Shown here: positions 1 to 8,899 of the stretch, in pieces
How the letters are laid out: every line of letters starts with the position of its first letter
Position numbering within the stretch: the stretch's first letter is position 1
NCBI GenBank assembly: GCA_963667175.2
Contig: CAXXXF010000016.1
Span: 128,001 to 192,000 of the forward strand
Length of the DNA stretch: 64,000 bases
Origin: Candidatus Latescibacterota bacterium
Lineage (GTDB): Bacteria > Latescibacterota > UBA2968 > GCA-2709665
Reading direction: 5' to 3'
Translations under genes and position numbers: made by a program
The notes under the pieces: model-generated
Told to the model about the DNA's origin: nothing
Seen by the model: only the letters and a program-made list of their open reading frames with translations
The model's database searches: none

Positions 1-83
1 CCGCCCACTCTCGCTGTTCAGAAAAATAAATATATGGTATTTCACACTATAGCGCAAGCATTAAATTCCGGACAGACACCCGC

Positions 84-446
84 TTATCGCCCTCCGTCGA
101 CCAGGTTCTTGAGTTGCCCGAGCATTTCACGCAACTCGTCCATGACCTCTTCGAGTTCCTTCGGCGGAATCGACGCGGCCGCGGACTTGCCGACCGCCGG
201 ATCACTCCACAGAGAGGGGTCTTCTCTGAGGCGATCGAGCGCGCCTTTCAGCGTGTATTTTTCATCCTGTCTCAGACGTTTGATGGCCAGTACGATTCTG
301 AGATCGCGCGCACGGTACAGCCGGTTTCCGGAACGTCCCCGCCGGGGCCGGAGCATGGGAAATTCCTTCTCCCAATAGCGCAGAACCTGCGGCTCGATAC
401 CGGTTTCCTCAGCCGCTTCACGGATGGAATAGTAGATCTTCTTCAT
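84..446 (-). CDS. MerR-family HTH transcriptional regulator
   Basis: YYSIREAAEETGIEPQVLRYWEKEF..RGRSGNRLY is a MerR HTH signature; lies directly downstream of der. Confidence 0.9.
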   Translation of the reverse strand: MKKIYYSIREAAEETGIEPQVLRYWEKEFPMLRPRRGRSGNRLYRARDLRIVLAIKRLRQDEKYTLKGALDRLREDPSLWSDPAVGKSAAASIPPKELEEVMDELREMLGQLKNLVDGGR

Positions 447-452
447 TGCGTG

Positions 453-1772
453 TCATCGCTTTTTCTTGAATAAGATACGTACCGGAGTTCCCTTCAGATC
501 GAAACGTTCCCGCATGCGGCGTTCGAGATAACGCCGATAGTGTTCCGGCACGTCCCCGGGCCTCGTGGTAAAGAAAATCACCGTGGGCGGTTCTACCACG
601 GGTTGAACACAATAGTACATCTTCGACGCCCGACCCCTGCGGGTGGGCGGCGGATGGGTGGCGTTGACTTCCTGGAGAAACCGGTTGAGGGCGGAAGTGG
701 CAATTCGCAGACGCCGTCTGTCGTAAATCTCGAGCGCCGTCTCCAGAATCTTCCAGGCGCGCTGGCCGGATAGAGCGGAAACAAAAAGGAGCGGAAAGTC
801 TCTCAGTGAGGGAAACCGGCCGACAATATCCCGCGCGTACACGATTGCCGTCTTGTCGTCCTTGTCGATCAGATCCCACTTGTTCATCGCCAGCAGGGCG
901 CCCTTGCCCAATTCGGCCGCGTCGCCGAGTATCTTCACGTCCTGAAGCGTGATCCCTTCGTCCGCATCGGCGATGACGACGGCGACGTCGCACCGCTCCA
1001 GGCTCGTTCTGGTGCGAACCGTGCTGTAATATTCGACCTGCGCTTTCACCTTCGCGCGCCTCCGAAGTCCCGCGGTATCGATCAGCAGGAAGTCGCGGCC
1101 GTTTCGCTTCATCGGCAGATCGATCGCATCGCGTGTCGTGCCGGGAATCGGACTGACCACCATCCGGTCTTCACCGGCCAGCCGATTGATGAAGGTGGAC
1201 TTGCCCACGTTGGGTCGGCCGACCACCGCAATACGCGGTACGCCGGCGTCTTCTTCAGGGTCAGCATCGGTTTCCGGAATGAGCGCGACCACCTCGTCCA
1301 GAAGGTCGCCCGACTTGCGCCCGCTCAGCGCCGATACGGGCACGGGCTCGCCAAGGGCCAGACCGTAGAAGCCGGCAACGTCCGGCTCGTCGCGTTCCGA
1401 ATCCACTTTGTTCACAACCGGCAGGCAGGGTGTCCCGTTCACGCGTACCAGACGGGCGATGGCGGCGTCGTCGTCGGTGGGGCCGGTCCTGGCGTCCATG
1501 ACGAGAATGATCACGTCCGCTTCGGCCACGGCCACCTCTACCTGATCCCCCACGGACTGCGCAATCCCCGCGTCTGGATTGAGCGTATAGCCGCCGGTAT
1601 CGACCAGCGTGAAAACCCGGCGGTTCCAGGCGACCTCCGCGTAGTTTCGGTCCCGTGTCACGCCGGGAAAATCGTCGACCACGGCCCGCCGGTGGCCCAG
1701 AAACCGATTGAAGAGTGTGGACTTCCCCACGTTGGGTCGTCCAACGATCGCTACAACACGTCGCTTCGGCAA
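453..1772 (-). CDS. der: Ribosome biogenesis GTPase Der (EngA)
   Basis: Two tandem G domains (GRPNVGKS twice, DTGG/DTAG, NKVD/NKWD) and a KH-like C-terminus. Confidence 0.97.
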   Translation of the reverse strand: MPKRRVVAIVGRPNVGKSTLFNRFLGHRRAVVDDFPGVTRDRNYAEVAWNRRVFTLVDTGGYTLNPDAGIAQSVGDQVEVAVAEADVIILVMDARTGPTDDDAAIARLVRVNGTPCLPVVNKVDSERDEPDVAGFYGLALGEPVPVSALSGRKSGDLLDEVVALIPETDADPEEDAGVPRIAVVGRPNVGKSTFINRLAGEDRMVVSPIPGTTRDAIDLPMKRNGRDFLLIDTAGLRRRAKVKAQVEYYSTVRTRTSLERCDVAVVIADADEGITLQDVKILGDAAELGKGALLAMNKWDLIDKDDKTAIVYARDIVGRFPSLRDFPLLFVSALSGQRAWKILETALEIYDRRRLRIATSALNRFLQEVNATHPPPTRRGRASKMYYCVQPVVEPPTVIFFTTRPGDVPEHYRRYLERRMRERFDLKGTPVRILFKKKR

Positions 1773-1797
1773 GGTCTCAACTCCGGTGGGTGCCGCG

Positions 1798-3213
1798 TCA
1801 GGCCAACTGATGCGGCAGAATATACGGGTGCGGCGAACGCATCAGGTCGTCTTCGGAACCCGCGGGGGCATCCCCCCGTGCGGCCCGCGCCGCCGTGTCC
1901 GCAAGATCGTAGGTGCCGATCAGAACCCGGCGCTTCAGAGCGCTTTCCAGGTCGGCGGGAGTCAGGTCGTCGAGAAACAGGCCGTGATGGCTCACGCAGT
2001 TGGGAGGCAGGATCACCAGATCGGTTTCACGCCACTGCGACTTCAGCGCGTCCAGCATGTCTTGTCCGGTCAATAGCCCCGATACCGTGATGCCCTCACC
2101 CAGAAAGCGGTTCTTCACCTCCACGACGCGCACAGACATCCAGGGGATACGGTTCAAGCGCTTCGCCATCGGCCGGATGAACACGGCGCCCAGTACGCTC
2201 GTGACCAGCGTTATCGAGATCCGCCCGGACGTCAGCGATTCCAGCGCCGGCGCCCCCGCTGCGAAGCGGTCCGTGAACCGCCGCACCATCCCCACGCCGT
2301 TCTCTACGAGCGGAAAGCCGTCGTAGTGTGCGGCCTCGGGGACTCCCCGGCCGGACGTCAGATAGAATTCGTCTCCGAAATAGACGAAGTTGACGCCAAA
2401 CTTCCTGCGAAACTGCCGCTGCCATGCCGACGCCTGATCCAGGCACTCCACGGCAACTTCCGGCGTTACCGGGTCCAGCCGGGGCAGGTTCTGACGGTAT
2501 CGGGTCAGCCCGAGGGGAACGATGCCCACGGATTCCACGGAGGGGTACCATCGGGCCAGGTCGTACACCGTCCGTTTGAGGTGCTGACCGTCGTTCAGCC
2601 CCGGGCACAGAACGACCTGCGCGTGCATCCGGATGCCGTGACTCGCAAGGAAATCGATACGTTCCATCACGTCCACCGGCTCCGTCCGTCCCAGAAGCGT
2701 CGCCCTGAGTTCCGGATCGGTCGCGTGGACGGAGATGTACATGGGGCTCAGGCGCTGTTCGACGATCCGGCCGAATTCCTCTTCCGAAAGGTTCGTGAGG
2801 GTGACGTAGGCGCCATGGAGAAAGGACAGCCTGTAGTCGTCGTCCTGGTAGTAGAGGGTCTTGCGCATCCTTTTGGGCATCTGGTGGAGAAAACAGAATA
2901 CGCACTTGTTGTTGCACTTGATGATGGGCATTTCCGACAATGTCACGCCCAGGTCGTCGTCCGGATCCTTTTCTACGTCCACCACAACGACCTCGTCCCC
3001 CCGTCGGAGAACCACCTCCACCGTCTCTTCCGCGACGTGGAAGCGGTAGTCGATCGGATCGCGCACGGGTTCGCCGTTGATGGATTCGATGACGTCTCCG
3101 GGCCGGATGCCAACGGCCTCTCCAATCCCTCCGTAGGCGACCGCTTCCACGTCGAGCCCTGCGACTGCTTCGTCGACCTGAGGCCGACCCTCCACCTGAC
3201 CTGATTTTTTCAT
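1798..3213 (-). CDS. PDZ + radical-SAM-like DUF512 protein
   Basis: N-terminal PDZ-like region, CNNKCVFC (CxxxCxxC), DDDYRLSFL and ENGVG motifs. Confidence 0.88.
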   Translation of the reverse strand: MKKSGQVEGRPQVDEAVAGLDVEAVAYGGIGEAVGIRPGDVIESINGEPVRDPIDYRFHVAEETVEVVLRRGDEVVVVDVEKDPDDDLGVTLSEMPIIKCNNKCVFCFLHQMPKRMRKTLYYQDDDYRLSFLHGAYVTLTNLSEEEFGRIVEQRLSPMYISVHATDPELRATLLGRTEPVDVMERIDFLASHGIRMHAQVVLCPGLNDGQHLKRTVYDLARWYPSVESVGIVPLGLTRYRQNLPRLDPVTPEVAVECLDQASAWQRQFRRKFGVNFVYFGDEFYLTSGRGVPEAAHYDGFPLVENGVGMVRRFTDRFAAGAPALESLTSGRISITLVTSVLGAVFIRPMAKRLNRIPWMSVRVVEVKNRFLGEGITVSGLLTGQDMLDALKSQWRETDLVILPPNCVSHHGLFLDDLTPADLESALKRRVLIGTYDLADTAARAARGDAPAGSEDDLMRSPHPYILPHQLA

Positions 3214-3406
3214 TTGAATTTATATATACCTGTTAGAGAATAGAGTACACAAAATACTTAACCCATCACTTTGAAGTTAAGACAATTGGTGAAAACGTCA
3301 AGAAAAATGTGCTGATCCGCCAGCGACGTGCGATCCCCCGGGGGCCAACAGACACGGGTCGCCACAATAAAACCCTTCCTTCGTCCGTATGAACCCGGTC
3401 CCGCCT

Positions 3407-3949
3407 TCAACGTTCCGGCAGGAACAACAGCCCGGGCCTGACGCCGCCGACCTCCTTCAGGATTTGAGGGTCGAGGTCGATGACACGATGGAGGGTCTTC
3501 GCGAGAAGAAGTTGTCGGGCCGTCAGTCCCTCGGCGCCGCTAAACGTGGTACTGCGCAGGTCCGTGTTGCAGAAGAGGGTGTTTTCGAGATCCGCTTCCT
3601 TGAGCGAGCCCTCGCTGAGATCGCAATCCGTGAAATCGGCGCCCGCAAGTACCGCCCCATAGAGATTCACGCAGTTCAGATTCGCCCCGCGGAAGGTGGC
3701 GCCCCTCAGATAGCCGTCGCTCAGGTCCGTATGATCCAGTACGGCGCCGTCGAAGTTGGCGCCGACGAGCGTGGCCGAACTGAGATTCTCGTAACTCAGG
3801 TCCATGCCGCTGAAATCCACGCCACTGAGGTCTTCGTAGCTGAAATCGGCGCCGGAAAGATCGGGCGTGAGGCCGGGGTTTTCGGCCCGCCAGCCGTTCC
3901 ATGCCTGGACGCTTTCCCTGATGATGTCCAGATGATTCGGATCGGCCAT
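3407..3949 (-). CDS. Pentapeptide repeat protein
   Basis: WNxWR N-terminus followed by A(D/N)LxG-type pentapeptide repeats. Confidence 0.9.
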   Translation of the reverse strand: MADPNHLDIIRESVQAWNGWRAENPGLTPDLSGADFSYEDLSGVDFSGMDLSYENLSSATLVGANFDGAVLDHTDLSDGYLRGATFRGANLNCVNLYGAVLAGADFTDCDLSEGSLKEADLENTLFCNTDLRSTTFSGAEGLTARQLLLAKTLHRVIDLDPQILKEVGGVRPGLLFLPER

Positions 3950-3982
3950 TCAAGTACCCGCCATAGCGCGTCTTCAGGGCGT

Positions 3983-4882
3983 TCACGTTGTGAGTGTGTT
4001 GACGAAATGGTTCACAAAGCGCTCCGATTCCACGTCCACGCATACCTCGGCGTTGGACTCGATCGCATCGGAACGGATCGGAACCGTTGCGCCGTTGAGC
4101 CTGTCGGAACGTGTTTCCACGTGGATGGCGCGGGACCGCGTTTCGCAGAACGTGGGGTCGAAGACCATTGCCACGGCCAGCGGATCGTGCAGAATGGGAT
4201 GCTCCCTTCCGGAATCCTCGCGCCACAGTTGGATAAGATCGAAGCACAGGCGGTTGATGGTCCGGTCCACCGATCCGATCGTGTCTACCTGCGCGTTACT
4301 CAGGCGGCACTTTTCGGTCACGTCGAGGCCCACCATGGTGATCGGTACGCCGGCGCCAAAGACGACGTGCGCGGCTTCGGGGTCGCAGAGGATGTTCCAC
4401 TCCGCCGTCAACCGACCCACGCATCCTCCCATCAGGCAAATTGTCGTTTTCTCCGCCAGACGAGGCTCCAGGGTGAAAGCGGCGGCAATATTCGTCAGCG
4501 GGCCTATGGGTACGAGCGTAACGTCGCCATTGCCTCTCAAAATCGTATCGACAATAAAGTCCACGGCACGGCCCTCCGCGGGCCTGACGGTTCCGGGGTA
4601 CCGCCGAATGGCCTCCATCTGACGCGGCCGATGCGACTCGATTGCCGCCCGGCCCTTGGCGTGCGAATCGAACAGCGGCTTCCCGATACCCGCGAACACG
4701 GGAACGTCTCCGCTGCCGAGCGCATCCAGGACGCAGCAAGCCAGCTCTGCCCGCCGCGCCGTATCGCGGAAGACCGTGGTGACGCCCACAAGCTCGATCT
4801 CACCGCAAAGCAACGCGAACGCCAACGCGAGCGCGTCGTCAACGTCGTCTCCGATATCCGTATCGAGGATGATCTTCTTCAT
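3983..4882 (-). CDS. Inosine/uridine-preferring nucleoside hydrolase family protein
   Basis: DTDIGDDVDDA motif, GPLTNIA, AEWN..DPEAA, LHDP. Confidence 0.93.
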   Translation of the reverse strand: MKKIILDTDIGDDVDDALALAFALLCGEIELVGVTTVFRDTARRAELACCVLDALGSGDVPVFAGIGKPLFDSHAKGRAAIESHRPRQMEAIRRYPGTVRPAEGRAVDFIVDTILRGNGDVTLVPIGPLTNIAAAFTLEPRLAEKTTICLMGGCVGRLTAEWNILCDPEAAHVVFGAGVPITMVGLDVTEKCRLSNAQVDTIGSVDRTINRLCFDLIQLWREDSGREHPILHDPLAVAMVFDPTFCETRSRAIHVETRSDRLNGATVPIRSDAIESNAEVCVDVESERFVNHFVNTLTT

Positions 4883-4932
4883 CTGATTCTGCTCCCGAAT
4901 TTCGACAGCCGTCCCCTGACACCCGCGCGTCG

Positions 4933-5655
4933 CTATCCCTTCGCCTTCCCATTGGCGCCCGGGTCGAAAAACGATCGATCAACGATCACGTCGAGCGGAT
5001 TATCAGCGTCCACCGGGCGCGCGCCGATTTCAAACAGGCGCACATTGTCCGTCGACGCCAGGGCGAACACCGGCTTTCCTTGCGCCAGCGCGTCTCGGCA
5101 CAGCGCTTCGATCTTTCCTCCGGCTTCCGCATGGGCAACCAGAATGACGTCCGACAGCGCGGCAACGCGTGCATTTCGTTCGGATGCGCTGGCGACCGTG
5201 GGTCGATGTACATGATCATCGAAAAAGGACAGAATCGCGAGGCGGCCTTCATAGAGCGATGGATTCCATACCTTTAATATCCTCATCCTGCCGAGCCCAC
5301 GGGCCGGACAGAACACCAAACGCGCAGGTCCTGGCAACAGGGTGTATAGAAGCTCTTTTTCCATGCGCGACTGAAAGCCGCACACAATCGTCACGCCGGC
5401 GTCCCGCAGTCTCCGTGCGAGATCGAACGTCTTCAGGATCGGATCGCCCGGGCACCGCGCCGAACAGAAGAAACCAATCAACCGTCGCTGAAGAATCCGT
5501 GGATTCCCCATAAGCGCTACGGGCGCCTCGTCCCCGGCGCCAATGGCTCGCCTCAACACCGCCGGCATATCCGGCGATTCTCTCGTATAGCGTCTGATCG
5601 TCAATTCAGACCTCGGTATTCCATGTGCGAACCGACGGCTACTGCGATCATTCAT
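4933..5655 (-). CDS. Short DprA/Smf-like Rossmann-fold protein
   Basis: GN..IL, GFQSxME, RNARVAALSD.ILVAHA..GG motifs; no C-terminal winged helix. Confidence 0.7.
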   Translation of the reverse strand: MNDRSSRRFAHGIPRSELTIRRYTRESPDMPAVLRRAIGAGDEAPVALMGNPRILQRRLIGFFCSARCPGDPILKTFDLARRLRDAGVTIVCGFQSRMEKELLYTLLPGPARLVFCPARGLGRMRILKVWNPSLYEGRLAILSFFDDHVHRPTVASASERNARVAALSDVILVAHAEAGGKIEALCRDALAQGKPVFALASTDNVRLFEIGARPVDADNPLDVIVDRSFFDPGANGKAKG

Positions 5656-6007
5656 CTTCGATTATGGTCTCGGTTACCCTTCTCAACTGGGGCAAATTTC
5701 CCATACAGGCATCAAAGATAATCTCGTGATCCAATACATCGTAGTGGTGTGAGATTATGTCTCGCAGACGCATGATCTTGTTCCATTCAACTTCAGGGTA
5801 CTTCTCCAGCAATTCCGGGTTGAGACCGGCCAGACTCTTCACATTCTCGCCGATTATCTGCGGTCGCATCGCAACCGCATCGAGAGTAAACAAGGCGTCA
5901 GCGTCCGAAAGGAGATCATCGGGCGTACGTATGTCCTCAAGTCGCTGCATAATGAGATCAGTCGACGTGAGGATGTTTTCCAGACTATCCCGTACTGGAG
6001 CGTTCAT
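5648..6007 (-). CDS. HepT/DUF86 HEPN ribonuclease toxin
   Basis: QIIGE..YPEVEW..LRDIISHHY (RX4HXY); coupled to the upstream MNT gene. Confidence 0.9.
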   Translation of the reverse strand: MNAPVRDSLENILTSTDLIMQRLEDIRTPDDLLSDADALFTLDAVAMRPQIIGENVKSLAGLNPELLEKYPEVEWNKIMRLRDIISHHYDVLDHEIIFDACMGNLPQLRRVTETIIEDE

Positions 6008-6297
6008 ACGTAAAGCGCCTCTTTTTCGATGCGTTGGATAAATCCGGTTCGGAGATTCTTACTCAACCGCCGGATATCCACCCTGCATCCAAGGGCTTGC
6101 TCCACAAAGATGTGAAGCCCGGCCAGATCGTCGAACTTCGGCTCCCTGAGTTCGACAACGAGGTCGACGTCACTTTCATCCCGCTGCGTTCCCGAAGCGT
6201 ATGACCCGTACAGACCGATCCGTCGGACGCCAAATCGACGCTCCATTTCAGCTTTATTCTCGGCAAGAAACCTGAGAATGTCTTGTGCTGATCTCAT
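6004..6297 (-). CDS. Minimal nucleotidyltransferase (MntA-type antitoxin)
   Basis: FGVRRIGLYGSYASG..DESDVD (GSX10DXD); start taken at ATG 6297. Confidence 0.88.
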   Translation of the reverse strand: MRSAQDILRFLAENKAEMERRFGVRRIGLYGSYASGTQRDESDVDLVVELREPKFDDLAGLHIFVEQALGCRVDIRRLSKNLRTGFIQRIEKEALYV

Positions 6298-6352
6298 AAT
6301 TGCTTCCTTAATTCGCGATGGGCAGATTCTACTACTTGGAAAATAACATCGG

Positions 6353-6385
6353 AAACTACGAAACACGCGAAAAAAAAGAAAAATC
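6353..6385 (+). repeat. Solo copy of the ACTACGAAACACGCGAAA repeat
   Basis: aactacgaaacacgcgaaaaaa matches the core of the arrays flanking GxxExxY at 24.6-25.7 kb. Confidence 0.7.
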
Positions 6386-6538
6386 CGTGGCTGAAATCAA
6401 TTACGACAAGACGCCCGCATGCAGCGCATGGCACTGCGCAGGCGGGCGCAAAACCACAACGTTGCACTTCAGCCTGGCAATGCGACGATTTCCATCATTA
6501 TGGTCGCCCCAACGAGGCATGACAACTGTTTCGCTAAT

Positions 6539-6628
6539 TCATGCATGAGTCGAGGAAGACGGTACATCTGCAACTGCCCCAAAATCATCAGGATTCGATT
6601 CAAGCCACGCTTTCGTTCGATTTCTCAT
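6539..6628 (-). pseudogene. Truncated HEPN-domain gene (5' remnant)
   Basis: MRNRTKAWLE.. overlaps the end of the MNT gene as HEPN partners usually do, then stops after 29 codons. Confidence 0.5.
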
Positions 6629-6959
6629 ATAGCGTCTTCCCTGTGCTTTCTATCCGGCCGAGAAACGAAGCGCCCTGATTTCCAAGAAGCTCGTACTCGG
6701 TCCTGGTGTAGACAACAAGGTCAACGGGAATATGCCTGTTGATCTCCCTGATACTTTTCCTTACCGCCGTTCTTACCTCCATTCTTTCCACATAGGTACG
6801 CGGGACCGACTCCGAATCCAGGATGACCAGCAAATCGAAATCACTCTCCAATTCCCGCTTACCAGCGACAGTAGATCCAAACAGAACAATCCTGTACGGA
6901 TCAACCGTCATAAGACACGAGACGATATCGTCAAGGTCGCTGGTCGTCGTTTTCTCCAA
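6600..6959 (-). CDS. Nucleotidyltransferase domain protein (MNT)
   Basis: RIVLFGS..G...ESDFDLLVI and PVDLVVYT motifs. Confidence 0.85.
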   Translation of the reverse strand: MEKTTTSDLDDIVSCLMTVDPYRIVLFGSTVAGKRELESDFDLLVILDSESVPRTYVERMEVRTAVRKSIREINRHIPVDLVVYTRTEYELLGNQGASFLGRIESTGKTLYEKSNESVA

Positions 6960-7000
6960 TCTAAACCCCTCTCACAATCGTCTTCAATTTGCTCCCCAAC

Positions 7001-7135
7001 GCGGTCACCACGCCATCACTCCCCCCTTGAGGGGGAGGGTCAAAAGCACCCTCACTCGGCGCTGCGCGCCACCCTCTCCCAGGGGGAGAGGGTCTGATTG
7101 CCAGCCCGATGGCGCGCCGGTGGGGGGTTCTCACC
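7001..7135. repeat. REP-like palindromic composite repeat, copy 1
   Basis: atcactccccccttgagggggag..ccctcactcggcgctgcgcgccaccctctcccagggggagaggg; direct copy at ~7957-8080. Confidence 0.85.
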
Positions 7136-7335
7136 CCATGCACTCAGGTGAATTCCAGACCGTTGATCAGCCATGAATATGGGGATTATATATGTTAGTG
7201 ACCAACCGTAAATACGCAAATTACAGGCCATTAGTAAAGGCCAAATTTCCGTACACGTCACGCCTAGGGGCTGATTCAATCCCTGGGATTATCGTTATTC
7301 TAACTGTCTTTTGATTATCATTTACGTTTTTCCGC

Positions 7336-7364
7336 TTGACACACTTACCCTGTCCGGATAGATT
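7336..7364 (+). promoter_or_regulatory. Sigma70-like promoter for the small gene at 7424
   Basis: TTGACA-17 bp-TAGATT. Confidence 0.6.
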
Positions 7365-7423
7365 TTTGTCGTAACTGGGGGCGGTCATTATTGAAAACAG
7401 ACAGTGTTCAGACATACGCATAA

Positions 7424-7684
7424 ATGAGACTGCAGATGTCTATTGACTACAAGAAAACAGCTAAGGAATTTGCCCCGGTTGTCATTGCCCTGATTGCGCT
7501 ACTCGGTCTTATGTATGGAATGATCAATCAGGCAGAGGGGCGTATCAATGATCGAATAAACAGGCTGGAATCAAGAATCGATAAGCGGTTTGATCGGCTT
7601 GACGTTAAACTCGACATGTTCATGGCGAAGATTGATGAAAACAGTCAGCGCATTGCGCGTTTGGAAGGTAAAGCAGGTCAATGA
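7424..7684 (+). CDS. Small protein with one TM helix and a coiled coil (start may be 7436)
   Basis: Hydrophobic VVIALIALLGLMYGM then heptad-rich RINRLESRIDKRFDRLD..RIARLEG; has an upstream promoter. Confidence 0.7.
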   Translation: MRLQMSIDYKKTAKEFAPVVIALIALLGLMYGMINQAEGRINDRINRLESRIDKRFDRLDVKLDMFMAKIDENSQRIARLEGKAGQ

Positions 7685-7696
7685 GCCACATCCGGG

Positions 7697-7772
7697 TCGA
7701 ATAACAATAGAGCAATGCTTAACAACAATAAGCCCATGGGCTGGATCAATCCCTGGGCTTATTGTTGTTCGA
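7697..7772. repeat. Hairpin/inverted repeat downstream of the small gene
   Basis: aacaacaataagccca..tgggcttattgttgtt stem; the right part is also repeated at ~7262-7302. Confidence 0.7.
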
Positions 7773-7794
7773 TCTCAAGGTCAAACCTCGTGAT

Positions 7795-7873
7795 CGTTTA
7801 AACGTAATGTGCCTCTTTTTCGACGCGTTGAATAAACCCGGTTTGGAGATTCTTACTGAGTCGACGGATATCC
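7795..7873 (-). pseudogene. Diverged duplicate of the 3' end of the MNT gene (6002-6080)
   Basis: gcctctttttcgacgcgttgaataaacccggtttggagattcttact..ggatatcc aligns with 6002-6080. Confidence 0.75.
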
Positions 7874-7956
7874 TTCAGGAGACTCGATCGCCAGTTGGCG
7901 TACACAACTGACTCGGACAACGAGACTCACCAAAGACACCGACTCTCTGTACGTCG

Positions 7957-8080
7957 CGCGGTCACCTCGCCATCACTCCCCCCTTGATGGGGGCGCCCTC
8001 ACCCGGCGCTGCGCGCCACCCTCTCCCATAGGGAGAGGGTCTGATTGCCAGGCCGACGGCGCGCCGGAGCGGGGATCTTA
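7957..8080. repeat. REP-like palindromic composite repeat, copy 2
   Basis: Direct repeat of 7001-7135 with a small internal deletion. Confidence 0.85.
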
Positions 8081-8112
8081 TGGTCATCTCCTACCGTAAG
8101 AATTCAATGATG

Positions 8113-8307
8113 TCATAGCTTGCCGGATTGCCCTTCGGGTACTGACAGGCCATCTTCCCGGAGTGCGATGACGTATCCGTCGATTGCCTCCCTGATATTG
8201 GCACACGCTTCCTGTCTCGTGGCCCCCTGACTGACACAGCCGATCAGACTGGGGCACTCAGCCACCCAGAAACCGTCTCGACCGGGATACAGTACAGCCT
8301 GTCTCAT
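8113..8307 (-). CDS. hicB: HicB-family antitoxin (no HicA seen)
   Basis: GFWVAECPSLIGCVSQGATRQEACANIREAI. Confidence 0.88.
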   Translation of the reverse strand: MRQAVLYPGRDGFWVAECPSLIGCVSQGATRQEACANIREAIDGYVIALREDGLSVPEGQSGKL

Positions 8308-8596
8308 CCTGTCCTTTATTCGCTTCGTTGTTTTCGTTCTCGGCCAGTCACTTCGTGCCAACATTTCTGATCTTCTACAGCCGGCGTGAACGCCAACACA
8401 GATGTTTGGATGGGCAGCCGCAGTCTGGTTGCGCGCTTCGAGAACAAATGCAATAATCCTGCCAATGCGCGTTCCAATTCGTTGCAGTGGTCTGCCTGGC
8501 TATTGTTAGCAATATCCACCTGACGATGTCAGAATCTCCGACGCACATTTGGAGCGCCCGGCCTTGCTGCTGTAACGTCACGTAACAACCCGCATC

Positions 8597-8821
8597 TCAC
8601 GCGAATTCGTAGAGTGGCACTGTCGCTGAGGGGCGGCGGTCCTCCTCGAGCACGCTCTCAATCCTTCGAACCGTGTCGAGATTCAGCAGCCCATCGCCGC
8701 AAAAGGAACAGACCTCAGCCGGAACATGGTCGATAACGACCACCTGGCCTTTGCGCCGTACGGTGTGCGTGATGCCTTTCGCTTCGTATTCGCCTGGACA
8801 TCCGTCAATGCTGCATTTCAT
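8597..8821 (-). CDS. YgiT-type zinc-finger antitoxin
   Basis: MKCSIDGC..VIDHVPAEVCSFCGD. Confidence 0.85.
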   Translation of the reverse strand: MKCSIDGCPGEYEAKGITHTVRRKGQVVVIDHVPAEVCSFCGDGLLNLDTVRRIESVLEEDRRPSATVPLYEFA

Positions 8822-8883
8822 TGCGATCGTCTCCTTTGGGTCGGAGTAACCCATTTGGGCAGTTTGGGTTCATATACCACATT
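8818..8883 (-). pseudogene. 3' remnant of a DUF4258-like toxin
   Basis: Reads VYEPKLPKWVTPTQRRRSQ*, with the stop overlapping the YgiT start (ATGA). Confidence 0.55.
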
Positions 8884-8899
8884 TGTACCGATCGAAATC

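Noticed and set aside
3389-5215. 608-aa + strand ORF and other long antisense ORFs (e.g. 21602-22897, 46403-47647, 60159-61388)
   Set aside because: Shadow frames opposite well-supported genes in GC-rich DNA, with no recognisable motifs.
8065-8075. ggagcggg as a possible att duplication of the tRNA-Gly 3' end
   Set aside because: Only about 8 bp match and it is part of the REP-like repeat.
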